From Alphaproteobacteria bacterium (GTDB lineage: Bacteria; Pseudomonadota; Alphaproteobacteria; CBDDJK01), in contig OZ245897.1 in the NCBI GenBank assembly GCA_965229675.1, positions 1,274,699 through 1,338,698 of the forward strand: a stretch of DNA of 64,000 nucleotides, written 5' to 3'. The notes under the pieces are model-generated. The model made no database searches. It saw only the letters and a program-made list of their open reading frames with translations, and was not told the DNA's origin. Position numbers and translations under genes: made by a program. This document shows positions 11,486-22,600 of the stretch, piece after piece. Position 1 is the first letter of the stretch; each line of letters starts with the position of its first letter.

Positions 11486-13306
11486 TTAAGTATCTTTGGG
11501 CTGTGATAGCGTAAAGGTTTCTTCTTGATCTGTGGAATAAAGTACGGTTTCTTGATTAATTTCTTGATCAGCCTCGCGTTCTGAAAAATTAGTAAAGCTT
11601 GAAACTGTTGCATAACGATCAATCAAATCAGGTGTTAGCGCAAGGGCAATCCAATCAAATTTTAAAAGTAAGGTTAAGATTTGTACCGAACGCACTTCGC
11701 TAAAATCAAAAGTTTGGCTAAGGTCTTCTGCTTTAAAGGGATGATTAACAGCATTGAAGGCTTGATAAATTTGTGTAATCTCATCCATAGTTGGAAATAA
11801 TTCACGCATCATGGAAAAGGTTGGTAAATGCGTTAATTTACGATATTCTTGCTTTAAGATTGTTTCGTTTTCAGCCTTAAACCGCCAAATCACCGGTGTA
11901 TTTTGATCAATTGGAAAAGTTGCAAAAGAACGGAATAAGCGACAAGGCTCAATCATATCTGCGCTTTCTAATGGGGCTTGCCGCGTTACTTCAACCAATG
12001 TTTCGTCACTCATTGCGTGGCGGCGTATTCGTTGCAGTTCAGTCCACAACAAATGATAATCTTTATAAACGGCAGACCAATCAAAATGCGCTGAGATATG
12101 CTTACGTGCTTGTTCACCAAAGCGAAGTCGTTGGTCTTGATTAGTTATTAATGTTTTTAGGTAATAAACCAAGCGATTATGATCAAGGGCAATCATCGAT
12201 TCAGCTAGTGTGAGATATTGATCAAAACTATCTAATTCCAAAGCATAGCGATTGCGTATTTGACTGCCGCCTCCACTTTTAGCAATATAACAAGCAATGC
12301 GATAGCCCGTTGTCCCATGCATATTAAGCGCACGATGCCCATCCCAATCACTGGTAATCACAGCAATTCCAGCCGCCATTGCCTTTTGTAAGGAAGTATC
12401 AAATCCAGCCGCAATTGAACCTGTTAAGCATATAAATAAATCAGCAGCCCCCAAGCCCCAAGATTCTTGTGACGGGTCTGATTCATCAATTAAATATAAA
12501 GGAATTGTGGGGATAATTTCTTGAAATAGCTTTGGTGGCGTATCAACAGAATCGGTAAGATATAAAATTTTAATATTTATTTCAGGATGTTCAGCAAGGA
12601 TTGTCTTTAACGCTTGGCAAAAATTATAATCATTCCCTGCCTTAAATAAAATAACAAGCGTATGGTCATCGGCTTGAAAATGGCGGCGCGAAAACGAACG
12701 ATGCGCATCATCATAATGATAGGCACTGCAATCAATTCCATTGGGAATAATGGGGATTTGGGGACCAAGATTTTGTAAATTCTTTACCCCGAATCTCCAT
12801 GAAAGATAGGCTTGTTCCGAAGCTAAAATGGTTTTAATTGCCTCTCCCACCGTTCTTGAAGGACAGATAAGGGCATCCCAAGGCATCAACGGTGCCTTCA
12901 ACATATCCGTAATTTTTTGTGCGGATTGCGCATCTGCAATCGCTTCTACCATACCAATAATTGAAAATTTTAAAGGATGGGCTCTTAACCGAATTTTACT
13001 TGGAAAAGAAATATTAGAATTTGTAAGATGAAGTGTTCCAATTTTTCCAAGGCCACGCCAATTTTGATGCCCCAACCATTGGACTTTAAGATCAGGATTA
13101 TAGCTGGTTACTTGTTCGTGAAACAGCTCGGCATCATGATTATCTTTGCCAAATCCTGTGATATAATTTTCTGAGGCATGGCGTGCAACCGCAGATAAAA
13201 AACCCGTAGCCTTGGAATTTGGTGTAAACATATCAGGCTTATACTCAAAGGCAGGCAGTAGCGTCCTGCTAGGTTCATTATCGGAAGCCGTTATATCATC
13301 AGTCAT
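11486..13306 (-). CDS. Glycosyltransferase family 4-like protein
   Basis: WDALICPS, IIPNGID, AMAAGIAVITSDWDG, FDWSAV GT-B motifs. Confidence 0.8.
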   Translation of the reverse strand: MTDDITASDNEPSRTLLPAFEYKPDMFTPNSKATGFLSAVARHASENYITGFGKDNHDAELFHEQVTSYNPDLKVQWLGHQNWRGLGKIGTLHLTNSNISFPSKIRLRAHPLKFSIIGMVEAIADAQSAQKITDMLKAPLMPWDALICPSRTVGEAIKTILASEQAYLSWRFGVKNLQNLGPQIPIIPNGIDCSAYHYDDAHRSFSRRHFQADDHTLVILFKAGNDYNFCQALKTILAEHPEINIKILYLTDSVDTPPKLFQEIIPTIPLYLIDESDPSQESWGLGAADLFICLTGSIAAGFDTSLQKAMAAGIAVITSDWDGHRALNMHGTTGYRIACYIAKSGGGSQIRNRYALELDSFDQYLTLAESMIALDHNRLVYYLKTLITNQDQRLRFGEQARKHISAHFDWSAVYKDYHLLWTELQRIRRHAMSDETLVEVTRQAPLESADMIEPCRLFRSFATFPIDQNTPVIWRFKAENETILKQEYRKLTHLPTFSMMRELFPTMDEITQIYQAFNAVNHPFKAEDLSQTFDFSEVRSVQILTLLLKFDWIALALTPDLIDRYATVSSFTNFSEREADQEINQETVLYSTDQEETFTLSQPKDT

Positions 13307-13309
13307 TGA

Positions 13310-14347
13310 TTAACGCGTCATCAGTCCCATAATCTGTTTTACTTCTTCCATAACAGGTGCCGATTTTTGTCGCGCCTGTTCAGCCCCTTTATGCAAAATT
13401 TCAATTAATTGCCCTTTATCTTGCAAATAGCGATTATAAGCATCGGTGATTGGTGCTAATTTAGCAACCGCAATTTCTGCAAGGGCTTGCTTTAAGTTTG
13501 AAAATGATCCCCCTGCAAATTCGGATACTGCTTCGTTAAAAGAGCAATCCGCAAATGCAGCATAAAGGGTTAATAGGTTTTTTGCTTCTGGGCGGTCTTC
13601 CAACAGGGATGGGTCATCTGGTAAAGCATGGGGATCGGTTTTCGCTTTGCGAATTTTTTGTGCAATAAGATCCGCAGAATCGCTTAAATTAATCCTTGAT
13701 AGATCGGAAGGATCAGATTTAGACATTTTTTTCGTACCATCCCGCAGTGACATTACCCTTGTTGCCTCGCCTAAAATTAAGGGTTCAATCAAAGGAAAAT
13801 AATCTGGCACTTGCCAATCTTGGTTGAAGCGTTGGGCTATATCGCGGGTTAGCTCCAAATGTTGTTTCTGATCTTCACCAACAGGGACATGGGTGGCACG
13901 ATACACCAAAATATCTGCCGCCATTAAGTTAGGATAGACAAATAAACCCGTTGATGCATTTTCACGATTTTTACCCGCTTTGTCCTTAAATTGGGTCATA
14001 CGATTTAACCACCCCATCCTTGCGGTACAGGTAAAATACCAACCAAGTTCAACATGATCTGGATTATGTGATTGAATGAATAGGCAATGCCGTTCTGCAT
14101 CAATTCCGCAAGCAAGTAATGCGGCCGCGCCGCTTAAACATTGATCAATCAGCCGTTCTTCTGATTTTGATTGATCAACGGTTAAAGCATGTTGATCAAC
14201 CAAACAATAAAGGCATTCATATTCATCTTGTAACGCAACCCAATTTCGCAATGCCCCAAGATAATTGCCGATTGTCATTGCGCCAGTTGGCTGAATACCT
14301 GAAAGAATACGATTACGCGGTTGCGGGCTATAGGGGGATTGGGTCAT
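13310..14347 (-). CDS. trpS: Tryptophan--tRNA ligase
   Basis: SGIQPTG..TIGNYLGA, VPVGEDQKQH, KMSKS. Confidence 0.98.
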   Translation of the reverse strand: MTQSPYSPQPRNRILSGIQPTGAMTIGNYLGALRNWVALQDEYECLYCLVDQHALTVDQSKSEERLIDQCLSGAAALLACGIDAERHCLFIQSHNPDHVELGWYFTCTARMGWLNRMTQFKDKAGKNRENASTGLFVYPNLMAADILVYRATHVPVGEDQKQHLELTRDIAQRFNQDWQVPDYFPLIEPLILGEATRVMSLRDGTKKMSKSDPSDLSRINLSDSADLIAQKIRKAKTDPHALPDDPSLLEDRPEAKNLLTLYAAFADCSFNEAVSEFAGGSFSNLKQALAEIAVAKLAPITDAYNRYLQDKGQLIEILHKGAEQARQKSAPVMEEVKQIMGLMTR

Positions 14348-14349
14348 AA

Positions 14350-15249
14350 TTAAGCCCCTTCTGATGAGGCATCACGTGTATGATACTGTTTTGGCAATTT
14401 GGCAACGCAATGATATAAAAGCCCAACCACCACAACAAGCGGGGTTAAAGCCGCATAACCAACGAAATTAGTCATCAAAGCTAAAATAACATTAAAGGAA
14501 AGGGATTGCCCTGCTTGATCCAAAGAATCAAGGGCATTAAGAACCCCTTGGCTAAGAAGGGCGACCACTCCCTCCCCAATAATCATTAGACCTAGTGCAA
14601 AACCAGAAACGGCCAATATATTATGGAACCAGCCTTTAATCCCACTAAAATAAACGGCATCCATTGGGGGCATCCATTGATTATAAGCCGCACGCACAAA
14701 GGATGGGCTTAGCCTTGCGAAACTGTAAAAAGTGACCAAAATAAACACCCCAAAAAAGATGAATAATCCAATCAAATTGGCAAAGAATCCTAACCCGACT
14801 GATGCAATGATAGCCCCTGGCAAAAATGCAAGAAGGGTTAATAAGATGCAAATTATTACAAAGCGGATATTTTCGCTACTGGGGATAAAAAAGGTGGATA
14901 ATGGCAAAGGCGGTGATTGTCCAAGCACCAATCGCAACACTGCTTTCATGAACAATAGCTGAATATAAACAGAAAACACCATATTGATCCACAAGCTCCA
15001 ATCGCCCATTAGCCATAAATTTATCAGCTCGCTTGGATCATCAATGATTGGTGAATCAGCCCCTGCCTGCTGTTGAAATTCGGTAATCATCGTTTGAAAA
15101 CGAACATTCGCCCAACCATTAATTAGGGAAACCATAATAACAGGTGCAACAATTAACGGCCATAATTCTTCAAATCGCGCACGGCACCAATCAAAGGTTG
15201 GTTTGACCATATTGGGTAAAATAAGCTGGTTTTTATGTGGCATTTTCAT
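14350..15249 (-). CDS. Hypothetical integral membrane protein
   Basis: 299-aa ORF with several hydrophobic helices, in an operon between lysA and trpS. Confidence 0.7.
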   Translation of the reverse strand: MKMPHKNQLILPNMVKPTFDWCRARFEELWPLIVAPVIMVSLINGWANVRFQTMITEFQQQAGADSPIIDDPSELINLWLMGDWSLWINMVFSVYIQLLFMKAVLRLVLGQSPPLPLSTFFIPSSENIRFVIICILLTLLAFLPGAIIASVGLGFFANLIGLFIFFGVFILVTFYSFARLSPSFVRAAYNQWMPPMDAVYFSGIKGWFHNILAVSGFALGLMIIGEGVVALLSQGVLNALDSLDQAGQSLSFNVILALMTNFVGYAALTPLVVVVGLLYHCVAKLPKQYHTRDASSEGA

Positions 15250-16547
15250 GCTGATTTCCTATTTTCAATTTCCAACCAATCCGCAAATTGTTCTTGGGCT
15301 AACATTGCTTCATAGGTTGGACGCGGGCGAACAACTGCCCATTCCTGACCTTTTACCATAACTTCTGGCACCAGCAATCTTGAATTATAAGAAGAAGCCA
15401 TGACCGCCGAATACGCACCTGCTGAACGAAATGCCAATAAATCACCTGAACAAACTGGCGGCATTGCAACATCTTTTGCAAAGCAATCAGTACTTTCACA
15501 AACAGGGCCAACAATATCGGCTGGTGTTTGCGCTTGATTTTCTTGTGGTTTCCAGCAAGGAATTAACTGATGATACGCCCCATAAAGCGCAGGACGTATT
15601 AAATCATTCATCGCTGCATCAATAATAATAAAGCGTTTTTCGGCTGTATTTTTCTCATACAAAACACGGGTTAATAAAATACCCGCATTGCCTGCAATAA
15701 GCCGCCCAGGTTCAACCATAATGGGTAAAGAAAGCGGTTTTAAGATTTTTGCAACCACCTGCACATAATCTGCTGGAAGGGGCGGTTGTTCTTGATTATA
15801 AGGAATCCCAAGCCCGCCACCAATATCAAGGCGTTTTAATCCAATCCCATCTTTTTTCAAAGATTGTGCAAGTTCAGCTAATCGTTGTAAGGCGCGTTCA
15901 AACGGTTCAAGCTCGGTGATCTGCGAGCCAATATGCATGGCAAGCGCAGCAGGTTTAAGGTTGGGCGTTTTTGCTAAACTTTGGTATATGGCTGGCGCAT
16001 CCTCAATCGCAATCCCGAATTTATTATCTTTACGCCCTGTTGAGATATGGCGGTGCGTTTTAGCATCAACATTTGGATTAACCCGCAGGGCAACTTCAAC
16101 CTTACGATTCATAGCATTTGCACGTGCTGCAATCAGCTCCAATTCAGGGATGGATTCAATATTGATCTGGAACACATCATGGGTAAGGGCATAATCAATC
16201 TCGTCCAGCGATTTACCAACACCTGAAAATACAATATCCTTGCCTGCAACCTCTGCGGCTTCTGCGCGTCTAAACTCTCCTCCCGATACAATATCCATTC
16301 CCGCCCCCTCGCTTGCAAGGGTGCGTAAAACCGATAAATTATGGTTGGTTTTTACTGCAAAATAAATGCGTGCTGCCATCCCAGCCTGCTTAAAGGCTTG
16401 ATCAAATACCTGATAATGATGGCGTAAGGTTGCATCGCTATAGATATAGCAAGGCGTTCCAACAGCATGCGCTATATCTGCCAGCAAACAATCTTCAGCA
16501 AAATAAGCCATGCCACCTACATGAGGACGATAATCAAAATGATCCAT
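15246..16547 (-). CDS. lysA: Diaminopimelate decarboxylase
   Basis: FAVKTN PLP lysine, HIGSQI, EPGR, GPVCES. Confidence 0.97.
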   Translation of the reverse strand: MDHFDYRPHVGGMAYFAEDCLLADIAHAVGTPCYIYSDATLRHHYQVFDQAFKQAGMAARIYFAVKTNHNLSVLRTLASEGAGMDIVSGGEFRRAEAAEVAGKDIVFSGVGKSLDEIDYALTHDVFQINIESIPELELIAARANAMNRKVEVALRVNPNVDAKTHRHISTGRKDNKFGIAIEDAPAIYQSLAKTPNLKPAALAMHIGSQITELEPFERALQRLAELAQSLKKDGIGLKRLDIGGGLGIPYNQEQPPLPADYVQVVAKILKPLSLPIMVEPGRLIAGNAGILLTRVLYEKNTAEKRFIIIDAAMNDLIRPALYGAYHQLIPCWKPQENQAQTPADIVGPVCESTDCFAKDVAMPPVCSGDLLAFRSAGAYSAVMASSYNSRLLVPEVMVKGQEWAVVRPRPTYEAMLAQEQFADWLEIENRKSA

Positions 16548-16579
16548 TTCAAACGATCTTCTGTAAAATTAAGTTTAAT

Positions 16580-17746
16580 TTAGTTTTTAATTGCTTTTAC
16601 CATAAGTTCAGCCACTTTATCAATCTCTGCCTGCGTTGTATCACGGCCAAGACCAAAGCGCAAAGTTGCTTGAATTTTAGCAGGATCAAGACCAATTGCT
16701 TGTAGGACATGACTTGCTTCTTGCTGATCTGAAGAACAGGCTGATCCCGTTGATACAGCCAATTGTGGTAATTTAGCAAGCAGGGCTTGGGCTTCAATAT
16801 CAAAAAAGCTAAGATTTAAATTATTAGGCAAACGCAACTCCATGGTACCATTTACAGAAAATTTTCCACTTAACTCACGATTAAAGTGACCAAGCAAACG
16901 ATCCCGTAAATCAATTAAACGAATCATCTGTTGTTCCATATCACGTTTACAAAGCTCAGCTGCAGTTCCAAATCCAACCGCCAATGGGGTAGGAATCGTA
17001 CCAGAACGAACCCCACGTTCTTGCCCGCCACCGTTCATTTGGGCTTCCAGCGTAACTTTACGCCCACCCGTAGCCGAATCACGTCCGCGCATATATAAAG
17101 CACCAATTCCCTTTGGCCCATAGCATTTATGGGAAGAGATGCTCATTAAATCAACTGCCATCGCATCAACATTAACAGGGATGCGCCCAAACGCTTGGGC
17201 AATATCGCTATGAACCCATGCCCCTTTCTGATGGACTAAATTGGCAATATCGCGTAAGGGATAAACGGTACCAATTTCATTATTTGCCGCCATGACGGAG
17301 ACAAGGGCGGTCTTTTCCGTAATAGCAGCTTGTAATTGATCAAAATTTAATTGGCCATCTGGCTTAATCCCAATCAATTGAACCTCAAACCCTTGCTTTT
17401 TTAAAGATGCAAGTGATTCCAATACGCATTTATGCTCGCTTACCACAGAAATAAGCTTTGTTCGCCCTTCTGCCTTTCTTGCATAAGCCACGCCCTTTAT
17501 CGCCAGATTATTAGCCTCCGTTGCACCAGAGGTAAACACAATCTCCCGTGGGCGCGCACCAATAACACTGGCAATGCTTGCGCGTGCTTGTTCAACCTGT
17601 TCAGCCGCATCCCAACCGTAATTATGTTCACTTGAATGCGGATTTCCAAACCGTTCCCCAAACCATGGCAGCATTGCATCTATGACTTCTGGAGCGCAAG
17701 GGGTGGTTGCATGATAATCCATGTAAATCATTGCGGTCTTACCCAT
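16580..17746 (-). CDS. iscS: Cysteine desulfurase (IscS-like)
   Basis: DYHATTP, FTSGATEANN, SSHKCYGPKG, STGSACSS. Confidence 0.92.
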   Translation of the reverse strand: MGKTAMIYMDYHATTPCAPEVIDAMLPWFGERFGNPHSSEHNYGWDAAEQVEQARASIASVIGARPREIVFTSGATEANNLAIKGVAYARKAEGRTKLISVVSEHKCVLESLASLKKQGFEVQLIGIKPDGQLNFDQLQAAITEKTALVSVMAANNEIGTVYPLRDIANLVHQKGAWVHSDIAQAFGRIPVNVDAMAVDLMSISSHKCYGPKGIGALYMRGRDSATGGRKVTLEAQMNGGGQERGVRSGTIPTPLAVGFGTAAELCKRDMEQQMIRLIDLRDRLLGHFNRELSGKFSVNGTMELRLPNNLNLSFFDIEAQALLAKLPQLAVSTGSACSSDQQEASHVLQAIGLDPAKIQATLRFGLGRDTTQAEIDKVAELMVKAIKN

Positions 17747-18863
17747 TGACTAACAAACGATAGGTTTCAATGAAATGGTCAATATCGCTTGGGCGTGTTG
17801 TACTTCCCATAGAAATTCTTATGGCACTGCTAGCAGCCTCATCCGAAAAGCCAGTGGCTGTTAAAGCTGGATTTGCGCCAACTTTTCCTGAAGAACAGGC
17901 CGCCCCTGCTGAAAGCATGACCCCATGCAAATCAAAATGTATTAATTGACGTTCCGATTTAATATTAGGCGTAATTAGCTGGGTAGTGTTTGGAAGCCGT
18001 TCAACAGCCTCCCCTGCAATGATCGCTTTTGGATTGATTTGTTTAACCGCTTGTTCCAGCTTTTGACGTAATGCTAAGCAAGATTGAAAATTTGTGGCTT
18101 GGTTGGTCAAAGCTTCTTTAAACGCATGGCCAAGCGCGGTAATCCCAACTGCGTTTTCAGTACCTGCCCTAAAACCACGTTCTTGGCCGCCGCCGCTGAT
18201 CAATGCGGTGGTCGCATGCGGCCTGAAATTAATCCAAGCCCCCACCCCTGAAAGCCCCCCTAACTTATGCCCTGATAAGGTTAGGCTGCCCGCCAAACCT
18301 GAATCAATCAATTTAAGAATAGGTTCCAAGGATAATTTCCCAATCGCTTGCACCGCATCAATATGCAGCCATCCATCGTATTCTTTTACCAAATCGGCAA
18401 CTGCTTCAATCGCTTCAATGACCCCCGTTTCATTATGCGCCCAAATAACCCCTAAAAAAGGTGGATGATCGGCGGCTTTAAATTGTTCTTCCAGCGCATC
18501 AAGCTTAATTCTTCCATCCTGATTGGGTTTGACGCTTATGGCCAACCCTTGATCAATGGCAAAACGCAAGGACGGATGTGCGTTTTCAACAACAAAGCAG
18601 GTATATTTCTCTGCAGCTTGGAGGAGGGCTAGATTATTCGCTTCACTCCCGCTAGAAGTAAATAGCACATGATTTTCACGCAAACCAAAGGATTGTGCAA
18701 GGATAGCCCGTGCTTCTTCGATTAATCCGCGTGTTTTTTGTCCACCTTTATGTGGGCTTGATGGATTTAAAAAAGATTCTTCTGCAAGTAACGCATTTAA
18801 ATAAGCGCGAACCTTATCATTTAATGGCGCACCTGCATTATAATCAAGATAAATGCTCTCCAT
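17739..18863 (-). CDS. Cysteine desulfurase (NifS/IscS family, second copy)
   Basis: LDYNA, SGHKLGG, SAGAACSSG. Confidence 0.9.
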   Translation of the reverse strand: MESIYLDYNAGAPLNDKVRAYLNALLAEESFLNPSSPHKGGQKTRGLIEEARAILAQSFGLRENHVLFTSSGSEANNLALLQAAEKYTCFVVENAHPSLRFAIDQGLAISVKPNQDGRIKLDALEEQFKAADHPPFLGVIWAHNETGVIEAIEAVADLVKEYDGWLHIDAVQAIGKLSLEPILKLIDSGLAGSLTLSGHKLGGLSGVGAWINFRPHATTALISGGGQERGFRAGTENAVGITALGHAFKEALTNQATNFQSCLALRQKLEQAVKQINPKAIIAGEAVERLPNTTQLITPNIKSERQLIHFDLHGVMLSAGAACSSGKVGANPALTATGFSDEAASSAIRISMGSTTRPSDIDHFIETYRLLVNG

Positions 18864-19360
18864 TAAAAGGGAATATCATCATCCAGATCGCCAGCATTGC
18901 CCATTCCCTGATTTGATGCTCCCTGATTACCACCAGCAGGCGCACCGCCATAAGCATCTTCATACGCATCAACAGGTGGACCACCATAGCTACCGCCACC
19001 ACCGCCATCTTGCCTACGGTCAAGCAAGGTAATACTGCCACCAAAACGTGGTATCACAACTTCGGTTGTGTAACGATCTGCGCCCGATTGATCCTGCCAT
19101 TTACGGGTTTGCAACTGTCCTTCCAAATAGACCTTGCTTCCTTTCTGCAAATAGCGTTCAGCAATTTCCCCAAGCTTTTCATTAAAGATCACCACCCGAT
19201 GCCATTCAGTACGACTTTGCGGTTGCCCGTCACGATCTTTCCAATTTTCAGAGGTCGCAAGGCTAAGATTAACCAATCGCCCGCCATTGCTCATGGTACG
19301 CACATCGGGATCCTGCCCCAAATTTCCTATTAAAATAACTTTATTGACTGATCCTGCCAT
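18863..19360 (-). CDS. ssb: Single-stranded DNA-binding protein
   Basis: [12 protein letters not shown]-terminal DDDIPF. Confidence 0.99.
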   Translation of the reverse strand: MAGSVNKVILIGNLGQDPDVRTMSNGGRLVNLSLATSENWKDRDGQPQSRTEWHRVVIFNEKLGEIAERYLQKGSKVYLEGQLQTRKWQDQSGADRYTTEVVIPRFGGSITLLDRRQDGGGGGSYGGPPVDAYEDAYGGAPAGGNQGASNQGMGNAGDLDDDIPF

Positions 19361-19507
19361 GGCTTCCTCTTTCCGAAATAAAATAAATTATGGTTGATTT
19401 ATATCCTAACAAAGCTAAATTCGCAAAATCTTTTTATGGTAACAGCAGGTTAAAATGGCTATAGTCAAACTCTGTTGATTAATCCTGTTCCAATTAAAAG
19501 ATTAAAG

Positions 19508-19837
19508 ATGAATTTATTAAAATTATTGTTTGCCTTGATTATAATCGCGTTTGTTGCGGCCATTACCATTGGTAATTTGCAGCCTGTGACGCTAGTCGTT
19601 TATCCATTTGAAGGTGCGCTAACGCTTCCCTTGATTCTTGCGCTTTATATTGTGCTTGTGATTGGGGTAATTGCAGGTGGATTATTATCTTGGTTTGGCG
19701 GTATTCCTACCCGCGTTGCCTTGAAGGTCACCCGCGATGAGCTTGCAAAATTAAAAGCCCAACAAATTGAAAAAGCTGCGCCTAGCAATATTGCTCCATC
19801 CAAGCCTAGCAATAACCTTCCTTCTGTATCTGATTAA
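19508..19837 (+). CDS. LapA/DUF1049-like membrane protein
   Basis: Two TM segments followed by a coiled segment; probable start ATG 19508. Confidence 0.6.
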   Translation: MNLLKLLFALIIIAFVAAITIGNLQPVTLVVYPFEGALTLPLILALYIVLVIGVIAGGLLSWFGGIPTRVALKVTRDELAKLKAQQIEKAAPSNIAPSKPSNNLPSVSD

Positions 19838-20663
19838 GGCTTTTGGCTAACGTCACATAATCTTGAGGGGTTAGGGTTTCTGGGCGTCTTGTTTCATCAA
19901 TCTTAGCCAATTTTAATAGTTGTGGCACATCGCAATTAAGCGTACCAATTGCCTTACGAATCATTTTTCGCCGTGCTGAAAAAGCAATACGGGTTAGGGT
20001 TTCAATGTCCTTTAAAGGCAGGTTCGCCGTTATTTCTGGCGGGTGCGGTACAATTCGTATGACAGTACTATCCACTTTTGGCGGAGGGGTAAAGACTTGT
20101 GGCGGTAGGGTAAATAATGGTGTAAGCTCGCTTAATAATTGTGCGAATACGCTTAATCTGCCATAGGCTTTTGTGCTAGGGGTCGCGCATAAGCGTTCAG
20201 CGACTTCCGTTTGAATCATTACTGTCATGGAAGCAACCCCGCTTTGCGGTTTTAGCCATTCTGTTAATAATGCGGTTGCAATATTATAAGGCAAATTGGC
20301 GATAATATGATAAGGCGGTTCGGGTAAGCTGGAAGGGGAAAACGCCATCGCATCCCCTTCAATTACAGTCAAATTGCCTTTGGAAAGTTCTTTAACCTCG
20401 TTTAAAACAGGGATAAAGCGTTGATCCTTTTCAATCACGGTTAAATGCTTCACACCAGCATTTAATAAAGAACGGGTTAATGCCCCAGGCCCTGGACCAA
20501 TTTCAAGCACTTGCGCTTCAGTTAGCGGAGAAGCCGCCCGCACAATCTTATCTGTGATTTGCATATCCAGCAGAAAATGTTGACCAAATCTGCGATTGGC
20601 CGTTAGTTGATAGTGCCGAATAACCTCTGACAACGGGGGAAGCGAAGATAAATCAATCATCAT
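19806..20663 (-). CDS. rsmA: 16S rRNA adenine dimethyltransferase
   Basis: GQHFL, EIGPGPG, ANLPYNI, PPPKVDS. Confidence 0.97.
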   Translation of the reverse strand: MMIDLSSLPPLSEVIRHYQLTANRRFGQHFLLDMQITDKIVRAASPLTEAQVLEIGPGPGALTRSLLNAGVKHLTVIEKDQRFIPVLNEVKELSKGNLTVIEGDAMAFSPSSLPEPPYHIIANLPYNIATALLTEWLKPQSGVASMTVMIQTEVAERLCATPSTKAYGRLSVFAQLLSELTPLFTLPPQVFTPPPKVDSTVIRIVPHPPEITANLPLKDIETLTRIAFSARRKMIRKAIGTLNCDVPQLLKLAKIDETRRPETLTPQDYVTLAKSLNQIQKEGYC

Positions 20664-20684
20664 TTAAGTTGAAATATCTACCAA

Positions 20685-22592
20685 TCAAATAGAACGAGCA
20701 AATAAATCGGCAAGCTGGTCGGTGATCGCACCGCCAAGCTGATTAACATCAACAATTGTGACCGCATGTTGATAATAGCGCGAAACATCGTGTCCAATGC
20801 CGATTGCAACCAATTCTATTGTTGAATGGCCTTCAATATCAGCGATAACATCGCGCAAATGCCGCTCAAGATAATTGCCTTCATTCACTGAAAGGGTTGA
20901 ATCATCAACAGGTGCGCCATCTGATATAACCATTAAAATCCGTCGGTCTTCCTTGCGCGCAAGTAAGCGTTGATGCGCCCATAATAAGGCTTCTCCATCA
21001 ATATTTTCCTTAAGCAACCCTTCGCGCAACATCAGCCCTAAATTTGTTCGTGCCCGCCTATAAGGTGCATCGGCTGGTTTATAAATAATATGACGGAGGT
21101 CATTTAGCCGCCCAGGACTGACAGGCTTTCCTGCTTCTACCCAACGCTCCCTTGATTGTCCGCCTTTCCATGCAACGGTTGTAAAACCAAGAATTTCAGA
21201 TTTAACACCGCAACGTTCTAATGTACGTGCAAGAATATCAGCACATACAGCCGCAATGGTGATTGGTCGGCCGCGCATAGAACCAGAATTATCAATAAGC
21301 AAGGTAACAATTGTATCTTTAAAATCGGTATCGCGCTCCCACTTATAGGAAAGCGGGCTTGAAGGGTCAATAATCACCCTTGCTAATTTTGCGCTATCCA
21401 AATACCCATCTTCAAGGTCAAATTCCCAGCCACGTTGCTGTTGTGCAAGCAATTTACGTTGCAGGCGATTGGCAAGCTTTGCGACAACCGATTGCAGATT
21501 TACAAGATGCTCATCCAAAGACTGCCGCAATAACGATAATTCCTGCAATTCACATAAATCATGTGGTTCAACAACTTCATCATAATCTGTGCGATAGGCA
21601 TGATAAAATTTTTCTTTTGCTACTGTGGTTAAATCATGCTCTGGTCGCCATTCATGAGGCTCTCCTCCTAGTTCATCAGGGGTTTGATCAAGGTCTAACC
21701 CTTCACTATCATCCATATCCTCCAACGCATCGCCATCTTCTTGCCCTTCCTGCTCGCCCTGATCATCACTTTGTGGTTGTATATCTTGGAAGCTATCTTC
21801 CTCCATATCCTGTTCGCCACGAATTTGATTATCACCATCACTTTCAGTATCTTGTTCGGAATCGTTATCTTCGGGTGATTCCTCTTCCCCCTCGCTATTT
21901 GAATGATATTGTAATTCACGCAAAAGCTCTTTTGCAGCCTCGCCAAATGCAGATTGATCATGAATTTGATCTTGCAAGCGGTCGATTAGCTGATCCAAAC
22001 TATCTGGCAGCTGATCACGCCAACCCTGTAACAAACGATCTAATTGAGGGGGCGGGGTTTGCCCACTTAAACGCTGCCGCGTTAAGAGGCGTAGGGCAAG
22101 CGGTAAGTTTTCTTGGCTAGCAACCTGCTGTGATAATTTTCCTTCTTCACCAAGCTGATGGTTAAAAAAAGCGTTCAAATTCGCGGCAATCCCTGCCCGA
22201 TTACTCCCCCCAGCTGCTTCCAATCTTGTTTCTTCCAACGCATCATAAAGCTGTGCTGCCAAAGGCTGTTTTGGCTTTAAGCGTTGGTGAAGCTGATGGT
22301 TATGAAAGGCATGTCGCACCGCAATTTGATCCACGCGCCCACGATATAACCGATGCAATTCAGGGTCTTTGGTAATGCGTGAGGTTGGCACAGGCAAGCG
22401 TATCTGATCAGGCTTTACCCCAGCATCTTGATTAGAAAACGTAATTTCCGTATTTGGAAGCTGACCAAGTGCGCGTAAAGAAACGCTACTTTCCCGCTTT
22501 AATTGATCGATTGGCTTTAATTGCCCGCCACCTGTTGGGTTAGAATTAGACCCCTGCTTAGGTTTAGATGGCCTACTTAATTTTACTGACAT
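20685..22592 (-). CDS. cobT: Cobaltochelatase subunit CobT
   Basis: Acidic linker, v[32 protein letters not shown]. Confidence 0.96.
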   Translation of the reverse strand: MSVKLSRPSKPKQGSNSNPTGGGQLKPIDQLKRESSVSLRALGQLPNTEITFSNQDAGVKPDQIRLPVPTSRITKDPELHRLYRGRVDQIAVRHAFHNHQLHQRLKPKQPLAAQLYDALEETRLEAAGGSNRAGIAANLNAFFNHQLGEEGKLSQQVASQENLPLALRLLTRQRLSGQTPPPQLDRLLQGWRDQLPDSLDQLIDRLQDQIHDQSAFGEAAKELLRELQYHSNSEGEEESPEDNDSEQDTESDGDNQIRGEQDMEEDSFQDIQPQSDDQGEQEGQEDGDALEDMDDSEGLDLDQTPDELGGEPHEWRPEHDLTTVAKEKFYHAYRTDYDEVVEPHDLCELQELSLLRQSLDEHLVNLQSVVAKLANRLQRKLLAQQQRGWEFDLEDGYLDSAKLARVIIDPSSPLSYKWERDTDFKDTIVTLLIDNSGSMRGRPITIAAVCADILARTLERCGVKSEILGFTTVAWKGGQSRERWVEAGKPVSPGRLNDLRHIIYKPADAPYRRARTNLGLMLREGLLKENIDGEALLWAHQRLLARKEDRRILMVISDGAPVDDSTLSVNEGNYLERHLRDVIADIEGHSTIELVAIGIGHDVSRYYQHAVTIVDVNQLGGAITDQLADLFARSI

Positions 22593-22600
22593 GCCGCAAT

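Noticed and set aside
16580-18863. Tandem cysteine desulfurases as a novel system
   Set aside because: Paired nifS/iscS genes are common in Alphaproteobacteria
21380-22120. 246-aa antisense ORF inside cobT, and the many other short overlapping ORFs in the track
   Set aside because: Shadow frames of well-supported genes, with no motifs or RBS
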